Shown in pieces: positions 62,640 to 64,000 of a stretch of DNA of 64,000 nt; the first letter of the stretch is position 1; every line of letters begins with the position of its first letter. The translations under genes were made by a program, and so were the position numbers. The stretch covers positions 23,325,237 through 23,389,236 of the forward strand of contig NC_092672.1 in the NCBI RefSeq assembly GCF_964355755.1, in the 5' to 3' direction. This stretch comes from Antedon mediterranea (lineage: Eukaryota; Animalia; Echinodermata). Under the pieces are notes generated by a model, which ran no database searches, was not told the origin of the DNA, and was given only the letters and a program-made list of their open reading frames with translations.

Positions 62640-64000
62640 TAAATAAAATATGGGGTTTTCATGAATAAAAATAATCACAGAAGAAAGTGCTTACGAATAT
62701 GACCTTGTGAAACGGTAATTTGAAAATGCAAATAAGGCATGCCTGCTAATAATCTACAAATTTAAATTTGTATGAGATAAATATACAAAATTTAAAGAAT
62801 ATCTCATTTTTAGTTACCATAGTAACTGTTGCTATGCATAACTAAGGGAAATTAAATAATTATCAGATAATTATTGATTAATAATTAATACTGAATCCAA
62901 CCATCACAGTAAAAAAAATATAGAATTTAAAACCAATATTTAATAATAAAGTGTGATATTTTACATGCTGACCTTAAATGAAATGAAATTTCAAATCAGG
63001 GCTTCAATATTTGTTATGTAGCATTAACATACCTGAGTATATCATTGACTTTTGATTGGTTCTATTTTGGGGAGGGGAAAGTGGTGGATCCAGGACTTTT
63101 AAATAGTTAGGGCGTTGAAGGCGAGGGTCTAAAAACTTAACTTTATGTCCTATCTTTTGCATTGTAATTTTAACTTGGGGTGGGTGGGGGCTTGGAGAAA
63201 AGGGGAGGGGGTGGGATGGAGGAGTTTGAATCCGTCTATTCATTGGGGCGATAGTAGCGGCAGTGTGGGTGGTGCTTGAATGCATGCATTTGACACTCTA
63301 TAGTGGATGATCGACCAAAGTGTTGCAGTTTATCTTTTTGTGGTTATAGTCGGGGTGGGTGGGGGGGGGGGGGAGGGGTGGTAGTCGAAAGTGGTGGTGG
63401 ATGGGCATGTGGGATCTGCTTAGGTTAGCAAATAAAAGAAGTAAACAAATGAAAGAGGAGCTTCAAAATTAGAGGAGTAATCTGTTGCAAAGATTAAAAT
63501 TCACAACGATCTTATAATTTATTCAAATTTCCAGAGGATATAACCTATAAAACGACATTAAAACTGGGAATTACAGAATCTATAATTAAAAATTAATTTT
63601 TTTCTCACAACACAACTAGAACTATATAAAACATTAAGAATTTTTCTGACCAAATCAAATAATCAAAGAAAATAAAATGTTTTTACTAATATACCATGTT
63701 TTTTTTAAATAAAAATGCCTATGTTTCTCGCAACACTGCTTGTAGATTTTAAATTTACCCCAGTATTTTATTTTAGAAATCAATTATTAAATATTAGAAC
63801 TACCTATTTGTAATAAATCAGCTAAAAAAATACACCACTTTGGGCGTTATGGTGAAGTAAAATTTAGTTGCATTGAACAATTTAAAAAAAGTGAAAAACA
63901 CCCCTTTTTAAATAAATGGTATCTCCCAAAGAATGAAATAAAAAAAATAAAAAAAATTGAAACAGGTACACAATGCATTGTTATTATGCATACACTAATT

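Larger units (their letters stand above)
56620..64000. mobile_element. Old non-autonomous DNA element with long diverged inverted repeats; right end beyond the window
   Basis: 56960-57180 is the inverted complement of 63710-63930 (GATACCATTATTTTAAAAAGGGGTGTTTTT, CCAAAGTGGTGT, ACTGGGGTAAATTT all recur inverted). Left boundary approximate. Confidence 0.65.

Overview
AT-rich, intron-rich eukaryotic DNA from an invertebrate animal (an echinoderm such as a crinoid is my guess, not shown). (1) 1-5316 (+): 3' part of a Roco-like gene, with COR-type exons followed by a tandem death-effector-domain (DED) exon that carries a +1 frameshift. Downstream is a death-domain remnant whose C-terminal 27 codons are amplified about 17-18 times as an 81-bp minisatellite (6890-8290). 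(2) ~12870-32056 (-): a ~20-exon myosin XIX (MYO19)-like gene. Splicing it by hand gives an in-frame TAG, a +1 frameshift and several substitutions at conserved motor residues, so it is probably a non-processed pseudogene. Its introns hold a 5'-truncated CR1/L2 LINE, a Gypsy LTR/gag remnant, SINEs and minisatellites, several of which duplicate exon ends together with their splice donors. (3) 32528-37307: a CMC/EnSpm (CACTA)-type transposon end carrying a spliced 6-exon BEN-domain gene (-) head-to-head with a truncated transposase (+). (4) 38-54 kb: repeat-rich intergenic DNA with hAT-like elements flanked by 5-bp TSDs, LINE ends and a patchwork of duplicated modules. (5) 55.2-56.0 kb (+): first coding exons of a possible ankyrin-repeat gene, followed by a nested stack of non-autonomous DNA transposons (long-TIR element > piggyBac-like > CAT-TIR element > LINE tail). 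No rRNA, intact tRNA or CRISPR array was found. All family assignments are from motif recognition by eye; no database search was run.
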